NCBI GenBank assembly: GCA_964035545.1
Contig: OZ037771.1
Span: 13,763,133-13,827,132, forward strand
Source of the DNA: Bugula neritina
Lineage: Eukaryota; Animalia; Bryozoa
DNA: 64,000 nt
Reading direction: 5' to 3'
In this document: positions 13,828 through 33,570 of the stretch, piece after piece
Layout of the letters: each line of letters starts with the position of its first letter
How positions within the stretch are numbered: position 1 is the first letter of the stretch
Notes under the pieces: generated by a model
Database searches by the model: none
The model's input: the letters and a program-made list of their open reading frames with translations, nothing else
What the model was told of the DNA's origin: nothing
Position numbers and translations under genes: made by a program

Positions 13828-14107
13828 AGCCAATCATTGAAGGGCTGATGATGATTAAGCAGTTTCTACTAATGACACTTGAATGTCGCAATGTCAAGGT
13901 TCAAGTACTTTACCTCATAGTTTACTGCAGACCATTAATATCACGCTTTCTACCAATCGCTCTGATTGTGCAGCTATACGGTTATATATATATATATGTT
14001 TTCATATAAATAAACAAGAGAGTGTAAACATAAGATCATCCTTCAGTTGGCCAGGCAGCAAGTAACATCTCTGAACTATAGAAATTTGCTACTGTAAATC
14101 TGTAAGT
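13828..14107 (+). promoter_or_regulatory. Putative core promoter and non-coding first exon of peroxidase copy 1
   Basis: CCAAT 13830-13834, TATAAATA 14005-14012, donor GTAAGT 14102-14107. All three recur in the same order before copy 2. Confidence 0.6.
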
Positions 14108-14787
14108 TACAATCAAGCCTATTAGTTATACGGATTTTATTTCTTTATTATACTGTTACTTATATATAATATAATATATATAACAAATTGTTTATGTAAG
14201 CACCGCTGTATTTATTCTAAATGTTTTGATGATAATATTGTTGCTACAAAATTTGATATAACTGTTTACTTCTTTAATGCAAAACAATTTTCGCTCCATA
14301 TATGCTTTACGTTTTACAAAAAAAGTTTTATTGATTCGTGAAAAGTAACTTCTACTGTTTTGCACAATTTTTTAAATACATAAGAAATTTTCACTTAGTT
14401 ATAAATTATTGCGGTTTTCTGTAAATTGATAAAAATTCGTAAGGCTGTGCGTGTTAAAGCCCGTCTCCTCGGCATATTTGTAAAATGGTGCTATATGGAA
14501 CAAGGCTTAACTATTTTATACGCTGACTCGAATTGAATTAATCCAATATCACACACTCTAATAGAGTTTACACTAGTTGTCAATATTAATCAATAACATA
14601 ATTATTTTTGCTTGTCAGTGTTTCTTTATCAACATGTAATAAATCTGAAGTGCATCTTGTTGCTTGACACCTGAACAGGTAAAATCACCTGCTTGCTGTA
14701 TATATTCACGATAAGTCCTAATATTGTTGCAACATACTACGTTTTCATTTGTTTTTGAAATTTTTTCTTAGAAGTTTTCAAGAAAAC

Positions 14788-21673
<6,886 letters not shown>

Positions 21674-21996
21674 TAGTTTACCTACAAAGTTAGCTTTGTC
21701 AATCATATTATTTTTATATTAGATATTGTATTATTCATATTTAGTAAAAGTTGTAAATAGTTAAATTTTTATAAAAACATTATTTTATTATTTTATTTTG
21801 TTAATAATCGGCTCAGTATGTGTTTCATATTGAATGTACAAACAAAATTAATTTTGTTTAGTATTATAGAATGCTATAAAATGTTTAATTTTATAATTGG
21901 ATACCCATCTGTCACATCTCTGTGATTAATTATAAAATAAATATAATACTGATTTTCTACACAGTGTGCACCACATTACATAATCATTGTGTACGA

Positions 21997-22096
21997 ATCA
22001 TGTCTATAACTATCATCAGTATAATATACTGAAGATAGTTATAGACGTGATAAGTCCGTGCTTGTAAATATTATCTATACAAGATCATGGACTTAT
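21997..22096. other. Two adjacent inverted repeats (double hairpin)
   Basis: ATCATGTCTATAACTATCATCAG-tataatata-CTGAAGATAGTTATAGACGTGAT (21997-22051) and ATAAGTCCGTG-CTTGTA..TACAAGATCATGGACTTAT (22050-22096). Confidence 0.85.
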
Positions 22097-22801
22097 ATGA
22101 AGTTAAACAGTAGCTCTGTTCATCATATGAACACCAATAATCTCTTGTCCCATCGAATGGTTGCCGGCAAAAAGTTGTGTTTTTAATTTTATGGCAAAAA
22201 CAGATTGATGGTGAGATTAAGCGAGAAATTTAGCACATGACATCAAAAGAAACTTAAAAATTTAATCCTATAACACAGGTGCTTAGATGTCACGTTTTGT
22301 AGCATGGACTGTTGATCTTTTGGCAGAGTATATAACCATGCTTTAGTATTCTGGCAACATCAGCAAATACACATTAAAGCAAATTGCCTGATAGATAAGA
22401 AATGTTTAATAGTTATATTAAGTATACATCGTAAGTCATTTAAATACAATTATTTACAGATAAAAATAGAACTAGCTGATGCAATCGAAATATGGAAAAC
22501 ATTTAAAATAATAAATGCGCACATTCATAGCTACTGTGTGAGATGCTAATAATAGGCTTTGTATATAAGTACATAAACTATTCCTGAAATTTTCCATATG
22601 TTATTACGGTACACATTGCTAAAAAATATTTTATACTCAATATTCTTCATTCAAGGTTTTTAGTTTTGACAATTCATTTTTTTCAGCGGACTAATACAAA
22701 TTGAAATTACGTAATGTTATGTACATCTGTTTATATGAAAAAGGAACAATTTATTCATGCTATTGAGGTTACTTGTCAACTCCACGGATTAGAAAATATT
22801 T

Positions 22802-23046
22802 ATAGGTCAAATTATTTAGGTCAAGCTATGTAGGTCAGGTTATGTAGGTCAAGTTGTGTATATCATATATTGTATAACCCAATTTCTGTATGTCTATATA
22901 GTTAGGTAGATAAAGTTATAATGTAGATAACGTTGTGTAAGTCAAGTTATTTAGGTCAAGTTGTTCAAGTAGCCTATATAGCTGTGTAGGATTATGTATA
23001 GATGTGTATATATGTGGGTAAAATCATGTATATATATAGGTCAGGT
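22802..23046. repeat. Degenerate 14-bp (TAGGTCAAGTTATG)n array upstream of peroxidase copy 2
   Basis: Homologous to 11775-12412. Confidence 0.8.
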
Positions 23047-25099
23047 TGAGAAAAGCTACTATGCAAATGATTATATTGTGCAATGACTGCAGTGTAAAGG
23101 CAACACAAGAGAAATGGGAAAAATTCTAACTTTATATATCATAACGATCAGTTACATTACAAATGAATTGTTTTGCAACACAAGTGGATGTGTAAGTATC
23201 ATAATAGATCTATCCTTCCAGCAGACTACATCCCTATATGTTACATATGCAACGGATGCTGCTACAGACCTGACTATGACAATAAATAACAGCCATATAG
23301 CCATGAAGCATCTATTATAATTTTGTATTATGACCGGCTATCACTAAAAAGCTATGTAATATTTTGTATATAAACAGTGAATTTTCTCTGAGCTAATTGT
23401 ATCATTCTGGAATTCAAATATACGACGTTGTATGATATCTACATAAATTATCCTTTCTACTCAAGAATACAACACTATAGACACACTTTGCACCAACATA
23501 GGCCGTAACGTAAAATGTCAGCCATTTTTAATGTGCATTAGTGGGTTAGAGTTCTCAAAGTGTGCTACTGGGTAGAATCTATGGACTATGACACCTCATT
23601 AAAGACATTTATATCCAATAGGAGTTGACTCAAACGTCTTTTTGTCCAATAGGAGCCCGTCACAACATTTTTTAAATCAAGCAATGCTTGATCTTGATGT
23701 ATATACCCGTAACGTCGTGCAGAAAGCTCAGGCATTTGTAAAAAATGCTTCTAGGGAGAAAGTAAGGAATTATAAGTAGGCTTCAGTTTAGTATGACTCA
23801 TCTTGTGAGGAATTGATGGTTGGATTGCTTCTAGAAGGCCATAGAACAGTGAGGTTGTGAAATATAATGACAGGTTGTTGCAGGTTGTGAAAGGTTTTGA
23901 GGAACAATCAGCTGTCTGTATGATTTGCTGTAAACTTATTCTATGCCTAGCCAAAGATTTCTTACTGAAGTAATTTTTATTCTGATTATTATCAGACATG
24001 AACTTTGAAATGCGTTGCAGCAAGAATTTGATAAAATTATTACATTTTTCTGAAGCTGAAATCAAAACCCACATGTGAAAGAATAATCAAGGCATAGCGA
24101 TTGATTTATTATCTAAAATGAAACAACCTATAAATAAATATGGCAATTTAGAACAAGCCGGCTATAATATAGAAAGCTGAATGCATCAATGAACATGCTG
24201 TTACACAGTTTATTATTACAACAAGCTATCAGAGTAAACTCATGTGTAATCATAGAAGCAGCCAACTGTGTACCCTGGCAATCTCAACTTTCAATCTAGC
24301 TGCTCATTATACACAGTGATATCACAGCTTATAACTTGTTTTATGACGTCTGTATGCTAACTGAGACATGCAAAGACCTTAGCAAATAGTCATCTAAAAC
24401 CAATTATATTTTCAGCAGCAAATGGATACGACAATCTCGAGTTCTATTTTTTGATGATCTTATCTAAAGTATTTAAAGAGTCTCCTTTCTTTATCTGACC
24501 CAGTTTTTTCCCAATAATTTCATCTAACACCTCCATGGTGCCATTATAGGTAATCTCAGGATAAATCAGCTTCTCATATACACCAATATACTGTCTATAT
24601 ACCTAATGGCTTTAGGGCCTCACTATATATAATAAGCACTGCTTGTGCTTTTGGCAGTTGCTGTATCTGGAAACACCCACAGATGTATTTGCTATGCTTT
24701 TCCTCTGGCATATAGTGTTCTCAAGCAAGAGAAGCTTTCAACCAGTGTTATATAGGATCTCTCAAGATAGCTTTGCTTAGCTCTGTAAGCAGCATCAATG
24801 CTGGAAGATACCATGCAATGTTATTGTGTAACAACGCATCTCAATTGTCACACCTCCATATTGGACTTTCTTCAGGTACCTAGCTATTTATGTTGGACAT
24901 CATTTTGGTATTAATTTACCATGATAAGTAGATATAAAACTATAATGCATTATCTCAAAGATATTGTCCTAAATATATAATAGCAATGTATATACAAACT
25001 GCCTGGTAACCCCTGAGGGCCCTGAACAATGACTCCTTCCTTTTCCTTTACAGAACCCACAGAAATAACTCTCCTGCAAGGATTATGTGCTTTTACTTT

Positions 25100-25374
25100 A
25101 GCCAATCAGTGAAGAGCTGATGACTAGGCAGTTTTTTGTTGATGACCTTGTATGTCGCAACAATGTCAAGTAGTTATAGCTGCCATGCTGATAAGCACAA
25201 GAGCACCTCTTTTACTTTAATATATGCAAGCTTACTGTGCATGCATATTGTACGTCATATATGCTTTCATATAAATAAACAGAAGAGTGTAGATATAACA
25301 TCATCATTTGGTTCGTCAAGCAACGAGTAACATCTCTTACTGGAAAATCTCATCTTATTGCGAAGTCTGTAAGT
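25100..25374 (+). promoter_or_regulatory. Putative core promoter and non-coding first exon of peroxidase copy 2
   Basis: CCAAT 25102-25106, TATAAATA 25270-25277, donor GTAAGT 25369-25374. Collinear with copy 1. Confidence 0.6.
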
Positions 25375-26053
25375 TACAATTTAACTCATTATTATGTGTC
25401 TTATCCATTATATTTTATATTATTTTGTTTAATTTTATTTAATATTACTCTAAAAGTATAAAACTATATAAATATAATTGAAATTATGCTTCTACTTCTA
25501 ATTTTGATATTATTGGAAACTTTTCTACAGAGCAATTAAAATTATTATTTCATACCTAAATTAGAAAATCAACTCTGCATTTGCTTGCTATAAGAGGTGA
25601 GAAAATTTGTAGTTTTTGGTGTATTATGTAACTACATCAAATTAGGTACTTGAGAAATTTTTCACTATTATAAGTATTACTATGATTCTGTGCATAACAT
25701 TCCTTCAAGTAAAGTTTGAGGATGTGTAGATGTGTCCCCTATGTGTATTAACACTGATATAAAGAAACTTTGACTATATTTTAAATAATTAGGCTAAAAG
25801 AAGTTAATCCAATGTCACACACTTTAATATAGCCCACACTAGTTATATTAATGTAAATCAATAACCTATAATTACTTTTGCTTGTCAGCTTTTCTCTGTG
25901 AGCTTGTAGGAAATCTGAAAAATTCTCTAATATGCTATACAGCTGACAAGGTTAAAGGTCACACCTGCAGTACATCTAAACAGCTAAATTCTTTACAAAA
26001 TAATATGTTTTGCGTTATGTTTGTAGGTTTGTACTGGAGATTCTCAAGAAAAC

Positions 26054-29000
26054 ATGAGAGTCTTAATATTGGCAGCACTCATAGCATCTGCTGTGGCAGC
26101 AGCATTGGCATTGGCAGCTCCCTTTCAGTGTCAGGTGAAGAAACTATGAGTGCATTTATTATTAGATTATATATTTTGTTGTATCAGTTTTGTCAGCCAA
26201 TCAGAAGGCATGGAAAGCTGTTTTGTCAGGATTAAAAAGCTAAGACAGCTGCTTTAATAATCTCAAAGTATACAATTCACACAACATGGTAAAACTTTCA
26301 CACCACACAGTCTGGAAGGTATACTACAGCGTAGTATTAGCACAAAAATGTTGTAGTTATAAACACAACAGTATAGCTAACACAACGTGGTATAGGAAAT
26401 GTGCTTTTTATATAGATTTATAGCATACTTATGTGGTGCTTACAGCATAATATTTCTGTAACTGTGTTTATAGCATATATTTATGTGATGCTTATAGGTT
26501 GATAAAACTGCTAAGCATTGCAATGATCTGATAAAAAATAACATCGAAAATCTACCAGGTTTTGTCAGAATCGCCTTCCATGATTGCGTAGGAGGAAATG
26601 GCTGTAATGGCTGCCTTGACCTGAGTAACGGTGATAATGCAGGTGAGTGAATATTCAGCTATTGTTATCTCCAACAGTAGGACATAATGGTGAGTTTAGT
26701 TATAATATGTTGACATATTATATGTAGAATTGTGTATCATGCATTTCTTAACTATATATAGACAGCACATGCGTTATGCAGAGTGTCAAATGTTACTCTA
26801 TATAACAAAATAGTTCTATTCACCTCAGAGAAAAAAAGAGTCGAATCTAATCTCCTTCATTCCAGTTTTTATTTTGAAATTGAGATTTCATATTAAAGTT
26901 TTTAGCTAAGCAGTCTGAACTTCGTTTTACTTTCATAGAATTTAGAATTGTTCTACCATGTGGTTTTAATAAATGCAATTCAAACGATGAGGAATATAGT
27001 TCGGCTCTATATTTTATAATAAATTAATATACTGCAGTACCCTATGTATCGTTCTCTGGCTAAGCAACATACACTCTACTTAAAAGTAAATAATTTTGTA
27101 AAAGAATGTGATAGTGTGTGTTGAATAAGTTTCTGTTTTGTGTTTTATTGACTACCTAAGAGTAAACCAAAAGAACATACACAGAAGTTGAATAAACTCA
27201 TAAGGCAATGCTAAAGTCATTAGTATAGCAAGAATGATTGTGCAAGCAACATATTTCAATACTCCCACTTATAAAAAGAATTCTTGTACTAAAAACTATG
27301 ATCATGAAACTGAAAATATTGCATGCAGATGCAATACTAATATAAAAATACAGGAAGAAAATGTAGCACTAGATTAAGTAGGTCAAGAAGTTGAGTATAG
27401 TACATATATACCACTGCGCTGTGATAGTCATGTACTGTACAATACTCACGGTACTTCCCGGGCTCTGAAACCTGACCTCATTATATCGGCCATCATGACA
27501 TCACTAGGGCAATAGGTTTCTACATTCTGTTCACTTTCTCTAGCTTTCTGTGGAAAGTGATATTTCAGCTCAATGTGTTTAGTTCTGGGATTTGCTATAC
27601 CAAAGCTATGGATCCTTGGTTGTTCTTTTAAATACTAATGCAGTTTCTGGTTTCAATTTTTAACCAACAGCCTTTTGAGCCAGACTGCTTCTGCTGCTGA
27701 ACCAAGTGGAATATTATATTTAGCTTCGTTTGGGGCAGCTGAGCTGCTGCCCGTATTGCTTTTTTGTTCATTCATATTATTACACCTCCCCCCCCAGCCA
27801 GCAGCCAGTATAAGTACTTGCCCTTCCCTCTCCCCTTCCCCTAAGTCTATAGTGTCTGTGACATCCAGCGCAGTATGTATGTGAGAAACCCATTATCTCT
27901 TATATAAAATGTTGTATTGAATTCTGTGGTCAGTAATTTTTTTAAATATAGAATATTCTCTCCCTAAATTGCAGCGACATGAGTGTTACTTGGATTAAAG
28001 TTGCATTTTGTAAAAGCTCCCACTGCTTGAGCAATGTTAGGCCTTCCCATGCAAGGTCACATTCAAGTATAAGCCTCTATCCGGTCATTGGCTGATGTAT
28101 AGCTTAACATCTGCATTCTATAACTTACTCCATCTTCTTTTATTTGGGTTGACAGCATGCACGGTATGCTGATGTTATAGATACAGTACAATCATCACCC
28201 ATTCACTTCACAATTACGTGTTCTATGTATACATGTAATGTTTTTGATGCATCTCCAATTACCCTTTTTGTCCATCTATTGAGATTCTAAGGCAATAGTG
28301 CAATGGCCTTTCATCTGGAAGGATTTTTAAGCATCTCACAGCTAAAGTCCTTGTTACTTATAGAACAAGGTTATTGACCTATGTTGCTGCAAAGACTTAG
28401 GTATTTGGAGGAATGCATATGCATGGGTTGGCGTCATGTCTGCTTGAATCCTGAAGAATCAATTTTGAAGATCAAAATTAATTTATTTTTAACACAGGAA
28501 GCAGTTTTTTAAGTTCATATTTGAAAACTTGTTCTTGGTCAAGTGGTCCGTATCTCTCTGATTGATACATTTGGATTGTCTCCTTTAGTTTACCATTCAA
28601 AAAGCAATTTCAACATGTATTTATTTGATGTGCAAGTATAATGTTCCTTTGCATTGCGTGAGCAATTATAGGGTTCGAATATCACACAACTGCAGGAGAA
28701 AAGGTTTATGCATCTCATTTAGCAACTATTTCACCTTTGAACTTTTTTACTGATCGATGGTTTAAGGACACTAAACAAGACACCTATTCTTTCTCTCTAC
28801 TGTTCTGTTAAATATATATATATATAATACACTAAGTTCATGTTTTATGCTAATGCGTCAAATATTCTCTAAACTAGTTGTAAGAGTCCTGATGGTTTAC
28901 CAGGATGTTTACAGCTGCAACCTTTTTTTCATTTTTTCATAATCTATCCCTTACAAATTTAACGGCACAGCAGCATGAGTAGGCTACTATAATAATAGTA

Positions 29001-32000
29001 ATCTATTACTTTTACAAGGTACCTCATAAATAATGTGTTTGCATCTGTTCACAAATATCACTATTCACTAACTACAACTTATGTTCAGATCTCTAAGTTT
29101 TAGATATCTTGCAGATCATGCTAAAAGTGTTTATAATCTGCATGTTTTCCTTTGTTATAGGTATGAAGGTTTACATGGACCGACTTGAAGATAAATACGA
29201 CAAGAATAACATCCAAGACGTCATGAGTAGAGCAGACTTTTGGGCGTTGTGTTCTCATGTTGCTATTAAAAGCGGCGCAAAATTTGGTAGGCAGGCCTAT
29301 AATTCATGTGGTACAGTGCATTCATCTTTTCACAACCTAGTGAACTTAATTAGAGGATAATCTCAAATAATAATGTACATAAATATTTTATAACAAGTAC
29401 TTATAGTTGTATAATCATTAATTAAATTATTTAAAAGGTCGTTTTGAGAATTTCAAAGTTTTTGTTAAAATAGTTGAATGACATACTTTCAAGATAGCTT
29501 TACTATGCAGCAACTAGGTTTTCATAAATAAATAAAGAAATAAATATTTAAACTCATTAGTGACTTATAGCCATTTTCTATTTAAAGTGATGTTGTCTGG
29601 ATTTTCAACAACAAAAATATTGAACTAATATATCAACTAGATGTACTCATAGCTTTAAACATTCTAGATAGATAGAGTTTCTATTTAATTAGTTAGTGAC
29701 GCTGACAGTCTACAACTGAATATGAAGTTTGGGAGACAAGATTGTAACGCTGACCATCCTGATCAGACCGCCCCCACAGACAAGTACCCTTCCCCTCATG
29801 GAACCTACGCTATGAGTACAGACTACTTCAATGCCGAATTTGGACTTACAGCCAACGAGACAGTGGCATTAATAGGTTAGTTTCTGAAATTTTTACAAGT
29901 GGCTTTTACAATATACAATGAAACTTGGTAAAATTTTAACTCGGCCAAATTGAAATTTTGCCTAAAAATTTGGGATTTGAATCTGAGACTTTTGGCCTGT
30001 AAACTATTATACCAGCGGGAATATAACTGTGTAATCTCAACACTACACTTTCATGCTTTTAAAAACATATAACATTTATAACAAAATGTTATATGCCTCT
30101 ATCATGCTGGCAATTTCCAAACAACTTCTATAGCAAAGAAATTGTAGTCATAATAAGTAGAACTTCTATATATTAACCAATTGGTTGTTAGGAGCTCATA
30201 CGCTAGGCAGAGCAAGGAAACCAAACTCTGGGTTCAGGAACCAATGGGTTGATGGGGAATACGTATTTGACAACGCTTTCTATCAGGACATTTTAAACGC
30301 CTCCCTTGATTGGGTTCAGGTTAGTTTGTGTGTTGTGAATTATACACAGTACACTGCAGTGCTGCATATAGGGGTAATCAAGTGGTGGAGGTATAGCAGA
30401 TATTGAGTGGTCCGGGAATAACAAAAATTAAATATATTTTGCATAACTAGCTACCCTAACAGAGCAAAGCAGAGATAGGTAAGAAGGTGAGAATATATTT
30501 TCCACAACCATGTTTCTAAATTGTTTAATTGAGTTAATATTTTCAAAAGTATCAACTTTATAGAATTATATAAAAGTTGAAAAACATATAACATCAGTCA
30601 AGTTAATAGTTACGACAACTTAAGTCAAATAAACAAATTTATTTTTTTATTATCTTTGTAGTAAAATAAAACATACTATAATTAGCAAATCTTTCCAATT
30701 TAATGTCAACTTTCGTTCAATTTAAAACAAAACAGTGTAATATAATCCTCTTTATGTCTGTAATCACTATAGAATAGTACTGTAGAACTTTGTTGACGGT
30801 CATCTATATATTATACACTCGTCTTTAAGTATATTGAATTCTAAAATTATAGCATTATACACTCATTGGTTTAGTAGCTATAAATAACTCTAAAATAAAA
30901 CCACAGGTATAATCATGTTTATGCATGGATACTACAGGTAATGGAAAATCAGCTTGCTATGCTCAACTCAAAGTTTTTGTAGTTTCTGAAATGATTGGTG
31001 TGATGTTTTTTAACAAGTATTTTATAAAGTTATTATTTTCAATAATTTTATAATAAAATTTTAAGCAAATTGACTTCATCTATTAATAACTTTTACTAAA
31101 TCGGAAAAAAATATAGTTTGACAAAAATACAATATGGCAGGTTTGTATTTAAAGAGGTGTCTGGTAATAATGGCACATGAGCAGGTAAATATGAGACAGG
31201 TAAAAATAGCACGAGTAATAATGGCGCAAGTAATGATGGCGCAAATGGAAAAGTAGGTAAAACTGGCACATTTTCAATATTAGAGTTTGTAGTTTCCGTT
31301 TGTGATGGGGGGGGGGGGTTGGGTGTAAGGGTGGAAGTTTTAGGTTTGAGTTTGAGATAAGGGTTGAGGTGGGATTTTTGGGTAGGGGTTTGCGTTTGGC
31401 TGTGGGAAAATTTAACATCAGTGTGCCTTTTTTGCCTTAAACTTTTTCATTTGTGCTGCATTATTACCTGTGCCCTTATTATCTGTGCTTTTTACTTGTG
31501 CTATTTTTACCTTAAGTCATTAAAGCAGTATAAAACATGCTAATAAAAAGTTATAAAAATGATACTTGCAGGTTGATCTTGCAATATAGCGTCACCATGG
31601 TTACCAGGGCTATGTTTACTTGCAGGTTGATCTTGACAAGAATGATAATGAAACAGACCACCTGCAATGGTCTCAGAACAAAACAGGAAAGGCTGTCAAT
31701 ATGATGTTGAACGCTGACATGTCTTTAGCCTTTGACATCGATTCTGATGCCTCGAAAAAGTGAGTGTCAAACGGGGAACGCAACTCCAAATTTATTGAGT
31801 TGCTACCATTATTAAACTTCAAAATATAGTGAAAGTGGGAAATCCCACAACTTCGTCATGTTATAGTAAATCATATTATTTTGGAAAAATTTACTAATGA
31901 ATTAAATTAGGTTTATTTGTATCAAATTTTTGTTTTTGTTTTAGGCAACATTTTTCTGTAAATATATTATGAGAAAGCCAATGCTTACATTATTGTGATT

Positions 32001-32647
32001 GCTTTTGAAGGGAAACTAGGAGTTACGCTGAGCTGGGGGATTCCCCTGGGAAAACTCTTGTGCAAATATATGCTGAAAGTAACAAGATATGGCTGGCAGA
32101 TTTCTCAGTGGTTAGTATACTTGTATATAATATTGTAATACACGTAACTACTTGTATACATTGTATAGCAGTTGTTGATTATCTTTAGCTAAGAAGTGCA
32201 ACCAGTCATCTAATTTCATCCTTTAAAATTATTGTATATAACATAGTTTTGTAATAATGCTGTGTGGAAAATATATTATATCTATAATAAAATTTTCCTT
32301 TTAAAATTATTTTATTACTATATTTCCACCTCATTAGCACTCCTAATATATTGTTTTATTATATAAATTTTCTTTCTTCCTTGCAGACATTGAGTTTTCT
32401 TATTGTATCTCAATCAATCAACTAAGATATATATATATATATATAATATTTACTATAATTGATATTTCAGGCTTATGCGAAAATGGTGGAGAAAACTCCC
32501 AATATCCAGCTTATGGCAGCTCAACCAGATGGGGAAAACGCTCCTTGCAAAGCCCCGGAGAAAACAACTCCTTCATCTAGCTCAACACTTTTTCCATCTT
32601 TCTTACTCTGCATTGCAGTCGCCATGGTTACGAAACTATTTTATTAA
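26054..32647 (+). CDS. Heme peroxidase of the non-animal superfamily, signal peptide + putative GPI anchor, copy 2 (357 aa)
   Basis: Exons 26054-26134, 26498-26642, 29161-29286, 29693-29875, 30192-30319, 31626-31759, 32011-32110, 32471-32647. Exon sizes match copy 1 except the last (+3 nt). Motifs FVRIAFHDC, GAHTLG, SGFRNQW, MLNADM. C-terminus SSSSTLFPSFLLCIAVAMVTKLFY*. Confidence 0.93.
27460..28750 (-). mobile_element. Decayed Ty1/copia LTR-retrotransposon pol fragment (RT + RNase H) in peroxidase 2 intron 2
   Basis: Minus-strand translation with stops and frameshifts: VKKFKGEIVAK, TFSP, HQ..FLNGKLKETIQMYQSE, GFKQ (copia RT-like) and EAKY..LGSAAEAVWLKRLL, NNQGSIAL, NPRTKHIELKYHF, YCPSDVMMADIM (copia RNase H). 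Confidence 0.85.
31163..31511. mobile_element. Foldback/MITE-like element with modular inverted arms and a G-rich core, peroxidase 2 intron 5
   Basis: Left arm 31163-31272 is built from GGTAATAATGGCACA-like modules. The right arm 31422-31511 is its imperfect reverse complement (GGTAAAAATAGCAC / GTGCTATTTTTACC). The core 31300-31405 is rich in GGG/GGGTT runs. Not seen in copy 1. Confidence 0.75.
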
Positions 32648-33384
32648 TTTACCTACAAAGTTAGCTCTAACAATCATATTTTTCTACAATAAATATTTTA
32701 TATTATTCATATTCAGCAAATTATAAATAATCAACTGTTTTATAAATAAGTTCTTCTATTTTTTTATGGTTAGTATGTTACATATTGGATGCCCAAATCA
32801 AATTGATAACATTGTTCAACAATACACACTAAGAAATATTATCTTTTCAATTTACTACATTTAATACCCATTGTGTTGTCATAAAACTATAGTTGTGTAT
32901 ATTTTACATCAAAATTCAAAAAATTGAACCTATAAAATATGTTTTTGCAACTTAAATTCAGCAACAGTCATTGCACACAAATTCTTGTTTGCAAAACCTG
33001 GCACCAATTATTATCAATCTGGTATCAGTTATTTTACAGCACAAGTACACACACTTGGCAGCAATGAATCAAAATTATTCATATGAAAGGTAGATTACTA
33101 TTATGTAATAATGGAAATAAGAAATATGGTTTCTTTTATCATAAGTCCATAATTAGATGTATCAAGTAACATTTAACTCAAATACTTGAGTTTGAATAAA
33201 AAAGGTAAGAAACAAAATAGAATATGGTATAGCAGTCACACAAAACCTGTGTGTTACAGTAAAAACAAAACATAATATTATAATGAGTAGGAGATTAAGT
33301 TATGATATATGAATTCATTGCACAAATTATAACAGCTTCAGCCGTAGAAATGGAAGTTGATGAGTAAAGGCAGCTGCTGCAGGC

Positions 33385-33570
33385 TGACATTAAGGGGTGT
33401 AGCAAAGAGGGGGTGATGACAGCTGGTGCTGATATTAAGGGGTGTAGCAAGGAGGGGGTGATGGCAGCTGGTGCTGGCATTAAGGAGTGTAGCAAGGAGG
33501 GGGTGATGGCAGCTGGTGCTGACATTAAGGGGTGTAGCAAGGAGGGGGTGATGACATCTGTTGCTGACTT
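33385..33570 (-). repeat. 45-bp tandem repeat (4 units) spanning the arrestin C-terminal PPCY motif and stop codon
   Basis: TAA stops at 33527-33525, 33482-33480, 33437-33435 and 33392-33390, all in one frame. Units encode xQHQL(P/S)SPP(P/L)CYTP*. Confidence 0.95.

Noticed and set aside
13845-13870. Other CTGATGA occurrences (13845, 18907, 25117, 49845) as hammerheads or C/D snoRNA boxes
   Set aside because: No stem II plus GAAA or terminal stem with D box in the right spacing. The 18907 site is coding sequence.
23500-24074. 107-aa minus-strand ORF with slight resemblance to the pre-RT region of CR1/L2 LINEs
   Set aside because: No diagnostic RT motifs could be read. Left unassigned.
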